Below, piece by piece: positions 36,805 to 45,434 of a stretch of 45,434 bases of DNA. Within the stretch, counting starts at the first letter, position 1. The number at the start of each line of letters is the position of its first letter. Under the pieces are notes generated by a model that was not told the origin of the DNA, did no database searches, and saw nothing but the letters and a program-made list of their open reading frames with translations. Location of the stretch: assembly GCA_048938385.1 (NCBI GenBank), contig JBHLMG010000019.1, forward strand, positions 1-45,434, written 5' to 3'. The position numbers and the translations under genes were made by a program. This DNA is from Promethearchaeota archaeon. Its GTDB lineage: Archaea; Asgardarchaeota; Hermodarchaeia; Hermodarchaeales; Hermodarchaeaceae.

Positions 36805-36924
36805 AGAATATCCTACCTCAACTCGAAGTGTGCAAACAATACTCTTTCTTCATGATTTTCAAGTGTTCAGAAGGTTCAAATTAACACCAGAAATCAATGA
36901 AACGATTCTAACAACTGCGATATC

Positions 36925-39723
36925 TCAAATTGTATTGGAATTGGCATGCAAGGGGTAATCAACCGGAACTAAGAGTTTCTTTTCTCGTAAACGGAGAACT
37001 GCATTGAGCAGTTCAACGGGGTTTTCCTGGATGGTTTCTAGGTATCTGTTCACGATTTGCCCTAAAAATACGAATTTGCTGTTCTTTATAATTTTAAGCG
37101 CAATAAAATGGAGACGGCTTTCTTGAACTGATAAGGATATATCTGTAGTTTTAGGTTCAACCGTGTGGGGAAAAAGTAGGGAGATATGGAAGAGTTCTTC
37201 GAGCAAATCAATTGCACCACTAAACTTCTCAGGTTGATTGCCGTAGCGTACTATCTCCTCGTGGTATTGCTCTTCGAATCTTTGAGTAAATTGATTGGTG
37301 CGTTCTTTTAGAGCTTGACTAGGCGTTCCTTTATAGACAAGGGCAGTTCGAATCGAGGTTCCATCATTAATGATGATGCGGAACCCTTCATAGGAAATTT
37401 CTGACAGGTGTGTGTTGGATTTTAACTCTCGATCATCGGTTCCGTTTGCTACATCAATAGCAAAGGCTTGAATGGCGGAAAGGAAGCCACCAAAGATGGA
37501 AGCATCTATTCCTCGTCCTCGAAATGGGTCAAAAATCGGAATCCCAGAATTCTTGTGTAGAACAAGGACACGAGATAGATTAGTGACATCGTTGAACATG
37601 TCGAGTACTTCTTGTAGTTTCTTTTCATGGATTATCTGGCGAGGGACAAGCACTCGTTTATGATAGATTCGGTAAAAGAGAAAAGCCGCAGGAAATAGAA
37701 TCAGGATGAAGAGCGTAAGTAACAGGAGTCGTGTATCAATACCGAAAACTGTCTGTGGAAGTCCAGCGTTCACTATCACCGAGAACCGTAGCGATGTTGA
37801 GGTGTCAAAGGTTGCGTTTACATATCCCCTCCGATAAAATTCCACATCAAAAGTTATCGGAGTAACGGGATTGTAACTCTGAGTGGAAATTCGGATGGAA
37901 TAGGATCCGTAACCGTTAGGGGTCATTTCCGCGAATTGGATTTGATTGAATTCATCTGCGTACCTAAGAACAACTCTTGCATCAGTAATATAACTTTCAG
38001 ACATCGAATTTTGCATAGAGACATTTATTTCCACGCCGCTCCAACCTAAAACGGCATTATTTTGCGGGTGAATTAGAGTTCCTCGAGCCAGGTTTAATAT
38101 CGAAAAACTTTGGGAGCGAAAACCGCATTGTAAAGATGAATTGTAACTTACCAAGGCAGTAGAGGGGTGCCCCACAAATTCTTCACATACTGGTTCAACC
38201 TTCCATGCAGTGCTTGTTAACACATTGCTTGTTATGTTGAGTGTGGGTGAGGTATCACTATGACATAGCGTACCGTTGGGTGACAGAATTGAAATGTTGG
38301 CTGTGTTTCCAGCAATAGCACTGTGTTCAATTAGTGCGTATACGCGGACATAATCTCCGATTATAAAATAGTCGTCCGTGGAGACATTGGTCCAAGGTCC
38401 TGAGGTAGTTGAGCTTTTTTGGAAGTTAACCTCTAATACATAATTCTGACCGGAAGCGTAGATCGTAAAGGTGTCCCCTGGTGCAGCAATCCCTGCATCC
38501 AGTAAAAAGAACTGATTTGTAGCATCATAGTCATATTTGGTAATCAAGTTTCCAATTTCGTTGCGAACCACAGATAGGACCCATCCTTGTTCTAGAAATA
38601 GACCAAATTGATAACCCTGGTAACCAGGTGGAGGTCGTCCAGCTGGAACTGTATAATTGATTAGCCAATTCGGGTTCGCGTTGAGTTCTACGCTAAACTC
38701 TGTTAGTGCTGAGTCATCATTTTCACTTTTTACGTACAAGTAATACTGGAAATCAAATGTAATTTCTATCATTGAATTAAAGCAAAACACTTGGGTAGAA
38801 TTCCAAGCGTTTATCGGATCGATTCTCTCTTTTAGAAGAGCATCAGCATAAATGTCAACTTCGCCATTTGACCCGAAGGTGTCATCGACGCTGGTTTCAT
38901 TAAGGGTCAAACCAACTTCACTCGGAGGTGCATCTGACCCGATTTGGTATTCAAAGTTATCAAGAAAAATGTGACCATCCACTCGAGAATTGGATTCATC
39001 AGTTTTTTCAATTGAGACTCGCAGAGTTGCTGTTCCGTTGATGAAGAATGCCAGAAAGGTCTTGTGGTCCCAAGATGTGGGATGATAGTTTAATGTTGAT
39101 TCAACCCACAAACCCTTTGGATTTCCGAGTTCATCTAGCAGAATCACACTAACTTGTAACCAATTTGTTTGGGTTATATCGCTAGAGAAACGGATGTCGA
39201 ATGATACTATTGTGCTGCTTGGTGTCAATTGCGAAATATACTCAAAGGTGTTATCTATGTAGGAGGCCCTGTGGCCTAATTCCCTGCTATTAAGTAATTC
39301 TACATCCAGACAATAGCCAGGGTTACCTCCAGAGACATTTGTGGCAGAAACCACTGTATTTAATGCCGCATGGCTTAATGTCCAATTATTTCCGACCTCA
39401 GGATAACTTTCGAAATCGCCGTTGTCAATCGGATTCACGGTTTTTCTCAGGTTCATCACTTCTGCTCGCAGACGATAACCATAATAGGTTGCCGGATACC
39501 AATTTGAAAGGAAGGTAAAAGCCGTATCGTTGTGGGCTTCTGAAAATAGTTGGCTTTGATTACGAGCGAATTCAAACACATCAAGTCTCGAGCCCGTCCC
39601 GTAAGATGCAGGAACAATCATTTTTAGCGGTGCTGGTGAAAAGTTATTGTCGAGTGTAATAGGCAGATAGCCTAAGTTAAGCAGAAGTAGTATTATGCCT
39701 GCAATGAGGGATATTTTTCGCAA
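36925..39723 (-). CDS. Single-pass surface protein with a large beta-rich ectodomain and a cytoplasmic longin-like plus winged-helix-like domain
   Basis: Signal peptide, NGDFES carbohydrate-binding-like start, TM helix (LLLLTLFILILFPAAFLFY), then VLVLHKNSGIPIF.....IDASIFGGFLSAIQAF...F..RFEEQY (longin-like) and a C-terminal helical LREKKLLVP. Confidence 0.85.
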   Translation of the reverse strand: MRKISLIAGIILLLLNLGYLPITLDNNFSPAPLKMIVPASYGTGSRLDVFEFARNQSQLFSEAHNDTAFTFLSNWYPATYYGYRLRAEVMNLRKTVNPIDNGDFESYPEVGNNWTLSHAALNTVVSATNVSGGNPGYCLDVELLNSRELGHRASYIDNTFEYISQLTPSSTIVSFDIRFSSDITQTNWLQVSVILLDELGNPKGLWVESTLNYHPTSWDHKTFLAFFINGTATLRVSIEKTDESNSRVDGHIFLDNFEYQIGSDAPPSEVGLTLNETSVDDTFGSNGEVDIYADALLKERIDPINAWNSTQVFCFNSMIEITFDFQYYLYVKSENDDSALTEFSVELNANPNWLINYTVPAGRPPPGYQGYQFGLFLEQGWVLSVVRNEIGNLITKYDYDATNQFFLLDAGIAAPGDTFTIYASGQNYVLEVNFQKSSTTSGPWTNVSTDDYFIIGDYVRVYALIEHSAIAGNTANISILSPNGTLCHSDTSPTLNITSNVLTSTAWKVEPVCEEFVGHPSTALVSYNSSLQCGFRSQSFSILNLARGTLIHPQNNAVLGWSGVEINVSMQNSMSESYITDARVVLRYADEFNQIQFAEMTPNGYGSYSIRISTQSYNPVTPITFDVEFYRRGYVNATFDTSTSLRFSVIVNAGLPQTVFGIDTRLLLLTLFILILFPAAFLFYRIYHKRVLVPRQIIHEKKLQEVLDMFNDVTNLSRVLVLHKNSGIPIFDPFRGRGIDASIFGGFLSAIQAFAIDVANGTDDRELKSNTHLSEISYEGFRIIINDGTSIRTALVYKGTPSQALKERTNQFTQRFEEQYHEEIVRYGNQPEKFSGAIDLLEELFHISLLFPHTVEPKTTDISLSVQESRLHFIALKIIKNSKFVFLGQIVNRYLETIQENPVELLNAVLRLREKKLLVPVDYPLHANSNTI

Positions 39724-40004
39724 TGCCCACCCATCTCAAACGAGGTTTTCCCTTTGTCTTAGACCTTAGGTGATGCTTTTTATTAATTTTCTTGAAGCGT
39801 AAACAAATACCTGATATGTTCAGAACTCCGAAACCCTCTGTAACAATAGACCGAATTTAATAATATCCATTTAAGATTGAAATAACTAGATAACTGGTTC
39901 ATTTTTTGATTTTTTTCGAGAATGCTTCGGGGTCGCTCTTCCAAAATTGCGAGAATGAACGGTTAAATAGCAGAGGCACGCTGATAATGACCAGGGGAAG
40001 CACA

Positions 40005-40406
40005 ATGAGCGAAGAAGCCTATATCCTTGAGTTCTGCCGACGTTGGTTGCCCGCTTGGACGGGAAACGACCCAGATCATCTACTTCAATTCTATGCAGAC
40101 AATGTGACATATATTGATCCGGCATATCCCGAAGGGATTGAAGGGCTGGAGCAATTGAAACCGTACCTCAACAAGCTTCTTGCTGCGAATCCAAATTGGG
40201 TCTGGGAGGTTGTTGAAGTATTTCCTACGCGGCGTGGATTTAATCTGAAATGGCGTGCGACAATTCCAATTGGAAAGAAAAAACTCGTGGAATACGGAAT
40301 GGATATTGTGGAACTTGAAAATGGAAAAATCACTCGCAATGAGGTTTATTTTGATAGGTCTCGCTGGCTAGAAGCCCTTCCACCCAAGGATAAGAAAAAG
40401 AAATAG
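40005..40406 (+). CDS. SnoaL-like / NTF2 family protein
   Basis: WL.AWTGNDP..L..FY.D...Y.DP....G..G, G.DIVE...GKI.RNEVYFD. The ORF extends to 39906. Confidence 0.88.
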   Translation: MSEEAYILEFCRRWLPAWTGNDPDHLLQFYADNVTYIDPAYPEGIEGLEQLKPYLNKLLAANPNWVWEVVEVFPTRRGFNLKWRATIPIGKKKLVEYGMDIVELENGKITRNEVYFDRSRWLEALPPKDKKKK

Positions 40407-40500
40407 CATCAGGGCTTTGGATTCCTAGTTATTAGCTTTTTATAACAAAAATTACTATTCAGTTCAACCTTCCTAATCTCATCAATGTAAGGTGCTTAAC

Positions 40501-40698
40501 ATGGTTAATCCCCTCCTTGGATTTGGAATTCCTAATTGGGCGTGGGAGAGAGAGAAGCTAGCAGATGAAGCAGCCACACCAGACATTACGAACAGAATGC
40601 GGGGAAAACTGGAGGAAATTAAAGGGTTTGAACCAATTCTAAAAGCAGGGGCAATAGTAGTAATTCTTGGGTTATCAGAACCCGGAATCCTTCACTAA
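40501..40698 (+). CDS. Small hypothetical protein
   Basis: 65-aa ORF from ATG 40501, preceded by AGGTG and an upstream TTTTTATA box; no motif. Confidence 0.4.
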   Translation: MVNPLLGFGIPNWAWEREKLADEAATPDITNRMRGKLEEIKGFEPILKAGAIVVILGLSEPGILH

Positions 40699-40785
40699 TA
40701 CATGAGTGGGAAATCTAATGTCCCTTGTACACGCATCACCCTTTAAGGCAACAAGTCGTAGTTTAATCGCCAACTGGACAAAAAG

Positions 40786-40820
40786 GACTCACGAAGCAGA
40801 GGAGTGATTCGTGAGTTTTA
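40786..40820 (+). terminator. Terminator-like hairpin
   Basis: ACTCACGAA-(12 nt)-TTCGTGAGT perfect 9-bp stem followed by a short T run. Confidence 0.4.
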
Positions 40821-40931
40821 CTGGTGCCTTTCACCATCCGTATAGTTCTTTTTTCTCGAGATGCATTTTTACCTGAAAACAGGGAACGTATTATTTACTA
40901 AAACCCCCCACCTACTAACACACTAAAGCAA

Positions 40932-42188
40932 TTGATGGATGGATTACGCTTGGTTGTCCATATCACTACCTTTTTTTCACCTGTAACACCAAAACGCGAG
41001 ACCTCTGCGGTAATGGACAAACTAGGAACCACGAAGGCGCGAGTTTATTCACCTGAAAATTACTTGAATGAAGGACTCAAGCGCGATAGGACCATCAGGG
41101 ATCAACACAATTACTTGTTCGTAGGAACAGGTGGTACAGAATACGAGATTACTCAATTTTTAAGTAAAGCGAAACTCTCTCCACCTATCATCCTTCTAAG
41201 TCATGAAGGAAGCAATTCCTTATCTTCTGCAATAGAAACACGAACCCACTTGGAGTTGAAGGAAACCCCCACGCGTATTATACATGATTCACTCGACAAC
41301 CTCGTTACGCGAATTAATACTTGGTGTGATTATAGTGACATCATGAACCGCATCCAAACAAGCAAAATGGGCATCATTGGCAAACCCTCGCCCTGGCTAA
41401 TAGCCTCGAATGTTAATCGGTCAGAAGTGACGAAGAAGTGGGGAATCGAATTCAGAGATTATGAAATTAACACCATAACCGATCGGATTAATGATGACCT
41501 CTGGGAGGAATTCAGTCCGGCATTAGAAGAGTTCCTCAATCAAGCGGCTACAATCGAGTGTGAGAATAAAGATTTACAAAAAGCAGCAATCATTGCACAA
41601 GCCCTAACAGCGCTAGCGAAGAATCATGACTTAAATGCTGTGACAATGGAGTGTTTCACAATCCTGAAAGAAACAGGTGTGAGTGGATGCTTTGCCACTT
41701 CCCATTTGAACACCCTCAAGGACCATGTCGCTGGCTGTGAAGGTGATATACCCACAACATTCACTTTGTTGTTGGCAAAATACCTGACAGGTCAATCAGG
41801 TTTTATGGCCAATGTCGTCGATGTAAATCTAGACACTAACTCGGTCGTCTTCGCTCATTGCACCGTACCAACAAATATCCTCGACTCCTATGATATTACC
41901 AGCCACTATGAATCTGGAAAAAGTGTGGCGATTCGAGGTCGCTTTCCCTTCAGAGATCTCACTGTATTCAAAATCTTTGGCAAGGACCTCAGTAACTTTT
42001 GGGTATCAGAAGGATTAATCACCAAGAACCTGACAAACGACTATCAATGCCGAACGCAAATTCGTGCAACACTTACTGACCCTGTGAGCTATTTTTTAAA
42101 CAGCTCGCTAGCCAATCATCATGTAATTATTCCCGGTAAGCACAAGCACCGAATTGTAGATTTCTTTGACTTCATTCAACAAGGATAG
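40932..42188 (+). CDS. L-fucose isomerase/L-arabinose isomerase superfamily protein
   Basis: GTGGTE, NSL..A.E, G.IG.PS.WL, T.ECF, GCEGD, FAHCT.P, H.ESG, CRTQ, ANHH. Confidence 0.85.
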   Translation: MMDGLRLVVHITTFFSPVTPKRETSAVMDKLGTTKARVYSPENYLNEGLKRDRTIRDQHNYLFVGTGGTEYEITQFLSKAKLSPPIILLSHEGSNSLSSAIETRTHLELKETPTRIIHDSLDNLVTRINTWCDYSDIMNRIQTSKMGIIGKPSPWLIASNVNRSEVTKKWGIEFRDYEINTITDRINDDLWEEFSPALEEFLNQAATIECENKDLQKAAIIAQALTALAKNHDLNAVTMECFTILKETGVSGCFATSHLNTLKDHVAGCEGDIPTTFTLLLAKYLTGQSGFMANVVDVNLDTNSVVFAHCTVPTNILDSYDITSHYESGKSVAIRGRFPFRDLTVFKIFGKDLSNFWVSEGLITKNLTNDYQCRTQIRATLTDPVSYFLNSSLANHHVIIPGKHKHRIVDFFDFIQQG

Positions 42189-42199
42189 GTACACTCGAT

Positions 42200-43045
42200 T
42201 TACAAATCAGGTGGCCCCTGTTCAATTCGTCGTAGGATTTGAGATGCTGACCCCCTCCATGATGAGAGAATGTCTAACCACCAGGTAGCACCAGCTTCCG
42301 CCCATTTACGAATTGATTCACATAATTCATTTTCATCTGTCAAAGGATTCGGTGAAACAACTACATCGAATTGATCCAGGTTCGAACGATATCTTTGTAT
42401 GATTCGAAGCACCTGTTCAAGCTCGCTCGGACTAAAATCAACGCCCCACTCAGCCGTCGGAAAAACACCTTCGAATTCAGCAGCCCGTTGAAAGGGTTTT
42501 GTGTTTGGATAATATCCAGCAACCCAGATGGGAATACGAGGTTTCTGAATAGGGGGTGGAGTAAATGTCACTTCCTCTAGCTGATAGTGAGTACCCCTAA
42601 ACTGAAATGGTTTGCCGGTCCACAATCCTTTGAGAATAGTAAGAGCTTCATCGAGCTTTTCTGCTCGCACAATTGGATTCGCATCTTCCCCGAATAAAGA
42701 AAATTCCTTCGCTTCCCCCCCTAATCCAATTCCTAAAATTAATCGTCCATCTGAAAGATGATCCAGCGTAACAGTTTCTCGTGCAAGCTTCCAAGGTCTT
42801 CGGCGAGCCAAAGGGGTTACCATTGGTCCGAGTCTTACTTCGTCTGTATGACTAGCCATCCCAGCCAAAAGAATCCAAGGATCAAAGGTAGGGGATTCAC
42901 CTTCCCAATATGCCCAGATGTGATCCCAAATGAACACACCATCCCAACCACTCTCTTCAGCGAGTGAAGCACATTGGATGTAAAAATCTGGTGTCCAGCG
43001 ATCATTCAAGTTAGGAAAACAAACAAGATTAATACCAAATTTCAT
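42200..43045 (-). CDS. LLM (luciferase-like monooxygenase) class flavin/F420-dependent oxidoreductase
   Basis: AE..GWDG.FIWDH, DPW..L, LG.MVTPLARRRPWKLARE..TLD.LS.GR..LG.GLG, P.Q.PRIPIWVAG. Confidence 0.92.
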   Translation of the reverse strand: MKFGINLVCFPNLNDRWTPDFYIQCASLAEESGWDGVFIWDHIWAYWEGESPTFDPWILLAGMASHTDEVRLGPMVTPLARRRPWKLARETVTLDHLSDGRLILGIGLGGEAKEFSLFGEDANPIVRAEKLDEALTILKGLWTGKPFQFRGTHYQLEEVTFTPPPIQKPRIPIWVAGYYPNTKPFQRAAEFEGVFPTAEWGVDFSPSELEQVLRIIQRYRSNLDQFDVVVSPNPLTDENELCESIRKWAEAGATWWLDILSSWRGSASQILRRIEQGPPDL

Positions 43046-43340
43046 TGAGGCTATTTCCGCTCAAAGGAGTTGTATCCGTTATTCTCTTAATAGCATGGTA
43101 AAAAAAATGTGAGGGCGATACACAAATGGGTCGCTCTATAGGTTGCGTTATGCTACTGTTTGTGAGAAACGACGAGTTTCAACCATTAAGAGAGACTTCC
43201 GATCATTAATAGATAGACAATACAGATTACCGATAGCACCCATGGTGTACCAACATTACCATGAGTTTCTGTGTATGGATATTTACACCGTTTTTTGTGT
43301 GTTTTACATCAAAATAAAATTGGAAAATTTCTCCTAATTG

Positions 43341-43357
43341 ACTTTGTATTACAAAGT
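43341..43357. promoter_or_regulatory. Palindromic operator upstream of the membrane-protein/wHTH regulator pair
   Basis: ACTTTGTA-T-TACAAAGT perfect 8-bp arms; a second half-site CAAAGT lies at 43386-43391. Confidence 0.65.
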
Positions 43358-43415
43358 AAATGGTAGCATAAAGTTAATAAGGTGGCAAAGTACATTTCTC
43401 CTCAGGTGTAATTAA

Positions 43416-44027
43416 ATGTCGAAACCAGTTGACCTAAAAGCCCTAGAACGCCAGGCCTATTTGACCTACCACGGTGATGGTATCATTGATCTCTTCCTGG
43501 GATTTGTGATAGTGTGGCTAAGTGTTCTTGCGGTAATTCTCCCAGAATTCTTCATCTTTCTAGTTGGTTCGTTCGTAGCCCTATTTCCCAGCTACACGAG
43601 TGCTAAAAAGTCCTTCACGATTCCTCGGATGGGATATGTTGAGTTTTCAGCCACACGACAATGGAAAACAAAGCAATTGTTCGTAGTAATCAACCTTGTT
43701 ACCGTAATGGGAGTGGTTTTAGGACTGCTTGCCTGGCTAGTTCCCCTCGTATCTGCTTTCATAGTCACTTACTTTCTATTAATATTAGGAGGCGCAGGCG
43801 GAGGAGTCTTTCTGTTGATAGCATATGTAACAGGCATTAAACGGTTCTATGGTTATGGACTAGCGATTTTCAGTGGCTTTGTAATTGCATTCCTGTTTAG
43901 CCTTTCAGTTCTGATTCCCCTCTGTTCGTTAGGTGCTATCATGATTACATATGGTAGCGTTCTCCTGTATCGTTTCACTCGAAAATACCCAAAGGGAGAG
44001 AGGGACGAAGCTCAGGAGCCATATTAA
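43416..44027 (+). CDS. Integral membrane protein (DG..D / PR.GY family typically paired with wHTH regulators)
   Basis: Y..DG..DL..G, K...T.PRMGYV.F, C-terminal L.RF.RKYP; ~6 TM; AGGTG RBS. Confidence 0.8.
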   Translation: MSKPVDLKALERQAYLTYHGDGIIDLFLGFVIVWLSVLAVILPEFFIFLVGSFVALFPSYTSAKKSFTIPRMGYVEFSATRQWKTKQLFVVINLVTVMGVVLGLLAWLVPLVSAFIVTYFLLILGGAGGGVFLLIAYVTGIKRFYGYGLAIFSGFVIAFLFSLSVLIPLCSLGAIMITYGSVLLYRFTRKYPKGERDEAQEPY

Positions 44028-44135
44028 ACCCCAGATAAGTGAATTTAGGAGACACGATGAGTGTGTATGTGTTACTTTTACGATATATCCATAAATGTGC
44101 CAAGTGCCCAGTGAAAGAAGTGGAGGGGGGATCGA

Positions 44136-44462
44136 GTGTCTGAAGAAACCACCCCTCCTCAGATCCCTATTGTTGATGATATCGATCGAGTCATCCACGA
44201 GCCAGCGCGCTTGATAATCATGTCGTATCTCTTCGTGTTAAATAAGGTCGATTTCCTCTTTTTAAAGCAACAAACGAAGCTATCTTGGGGCAACCTATCT
44301 TCACACATTACAAAGCTGGAAGAAGAAGGGTATTTAGAAGTGATAAAGAAATTCGTTGACCGGAAGCCCTATACGCTCATTCAGTTGACTAAAACCGGGC
44401 GAATGGCCTTCGAGGCCTATCAGCAACAGATGAAGCACATGTTTGAAGGGTTGAACCCCTAA
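44136..44462 (+). CDS. Winged-helix transcriptional regulator (HTH_34-like, ArsR/MarR superfamily)
   Basis: D.VIHEPARL.IM..L, F.FL......WGNLSSH..KLEE.GY....K.F...KP.T...LT..GR.AF..Y. Confidence 0.9.
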   Translation: MSEETTPPQIPIVDDIDRVIHEPARLIIMSYLFVLNKVDFLFLKQQTKLSWGNLSSHITKLEEEGYLEVIKKFVDRKPYTLIQLTKTGRMAFEAYQQQMKHMFEGLNP

Positions 44463-44670
44463 CATGCTGCAATTCTATTTTTTCATATGATAAGATTGAT
44501 TCTGTTCAAGATGTGATTGTAGGCAGTGTTCGCAAGTGATAAATTGCAGTACTTGTAATAGTGACAATACGCTTCTCTGTATTGAAGTATTAGAGGAGGA
44601 ATTAAAACAATAGTGATATCACTTCCACTCCACACGAAAAATTGTCTTTACGATATGAGGTATTAACACG

Positions 44671-45030
44671 ATGAAGCGCTATCTTTTTCAGGAAATGATT
44701 GAAGCTCAAAATGTATTTGATAAAGCACATGGATGGTTTTGGGGTGACAGCCCTGAGAATCAGTCTGAATATATAGGTTATGCAATAGTTGCTTTAGTAG
44801 GTGAACTTGGTGAGCTGGCTAATGAATTCAAAAAATGGCTTAGAGAGGGTGGAAAGGGAAAGTTACCTCAGTCCCTCATTGCCCACTTCTCTGAAGAAAT
44901 GGCTGATATATTCATATATTTGATTAAAATGGCATCCTGTTTGGGTTTAGATTTGGAGAGTTTATTTTATGATAAACTTAAAAAGAACACTGAAAGGTTC
45001 CAGCAATTTCTTAAGCGAAGAAATGAATAA
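44671..45030 (+). CDS. MazG-like all-alpha NTP pyrophosphohydrolase (dCTP pyrophosphatase-like)
   Basis: GELGELANEFKK, EEMADIFIYL..MA..LG.DLE.....K..KN..RF. Confidence 0.88.
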   Translation: MKRYLFQEMIEAQNVFDKAHGWFWGDSPENQSEYIGYAIVALVGELGELANEFKKWLREGGKGKLPQSLIAHFSEEMADIFIYLIKMASCLGLDLESLFYDKLKKNTERFQQFLKRRNE

Positions 45031-45273
45031 ACCCCGTTCAATACTTTTTACTATGCAGCCGCGTATTTTTGTTTTTTAAACCTTTTTACAGAGTGATATG
45101 GTGATGATTTCATAACATCATTGAAAAAATGCCCAATATGATTCCTATATCAATTGGGACTCCTTCAAGCGATGCACTTGTCCCTTTACATCACACTCTT
45201 CTGTGTCATCAGTTTTGCTATGATGATTGCTACTCTGACAGCCAAGGACCACCGCAAACGGCACCGTTCTCAA

Positions 45274-45434
45274 TTAGAGACGACTGATAAGCCGGTCACG
45301 AATGAAAAGGTTAACAGACAACCGGAAGACCGCATAGTCAGCGATGCCAAGGATAAAAGCGACGAGGCTCAGGATTAGCCAATCGAATCCTGAACCTTGA
45401 AGGAGTCCAATGTAGGGAACGAGCATTGAGGGAA
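45274..45434 (-). CDS. C-terminal end of an ABC-2-type transporter permease (5'-truncated by the window edge)
   Basis: Hand translation from 45432 gives PSMLVPYIGLLQGSGFDWLILSLVAFILGIADYAVFRLSVNLFIRDRLISRL* (TAA at 45276-45274). A TM helix followed by F.R(D/E).L is typical of ABC-2 permease C-termini. Absent from the ORF track. Confidence 0.65.
   Translation of the reverse strand, partial: PSMLVPYIGLLQGSGFDWLILSLVAFILGIADYAVFRLSVNLFIRDRLISRL

Noticed and set aside
40455-40487. Possible C/D-box sRNA (minus strand TGATGA...CTGA)
   Set aside because: Only one box pair, no second guide or terminal stem, and it overlaps a likely promoter.
43143-43337. 64-aa plus-strand ORF
   Set aside because: TTG start, no motif, and it lies in a divergent promoter region.
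44004-45374. GACGA(A/G)GCTCAGGA 13/14 match at ~44004 and ~45361 as att sites
   Set aside because: Short, both copies lie inside coding sequence, and there is no integrase; consistent with chance.
45154-45378. 74-aa plus-strand ORF with a hydrophobic stretch
   Set aside because: It overlaps by 105 nt, antisense, the more convincing permease C-terminus, so it is probably a shadow ORF, though not excluded.
1-45434. tRNA, rRNA, IS elements, prophage or defence-system genes
   Set aside because: No cloverleaf or T-loop motifs, rRNA-like stretches, transposase, integrase or recognisable defence genes were seen by eye. A tRNAscan-SE, Infernal or DefenseFinder run would be decisive.

Overview
Gene-dense archaeal chromosomal segment, most likely from an Asgard archaeon. 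This is inferred from a divergent stand-alone EF-2 paralogue, two Rab-like small GTPases, a 22-aa LRR protein, TPR proteins, single-pass surface proteins with a longin-like cytoplasmic tail, a geranylgeranyl reductase and TATA-like promoters. The ORF track misses two real genes that run off the window edges. One is a giant (>1400 aa) secreted or surface protein on the minus strand (4211 to <1) built of exact 113-aa tandem Ig-like repeats. The other is the 3' end of an ABC-2-type permease at the right edge. The rest is mixed metabolism, redox and detoxification genes (LUD, PfkB, Acr3/ArsR, nitroreductase, AlaX, OYE, OFA-MFS, LLM, fucose-isomerase-like, MazG-like). I recognised no rRNA, tRNA, CRISPR array, transposase, integrase or reverse transcriptase. 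The best leads are: (i) a paralogous family of receptor-like surface proteins with a cytoplasmic longin plus winged-helix tail, in the same window as an intact Rab-like GTPase and a pseudo-GTPase; (ii) a GNAT acetyltransferase fused to an SSB/RPA-type OB fold; (iii) an EF-2 paralogue with both domain IV tip loops remodelled; (iv) a duplicated ~45-bp promoter flanking an AT-rich gene. All functional calls come from reading motifs by eye, not from database searches.
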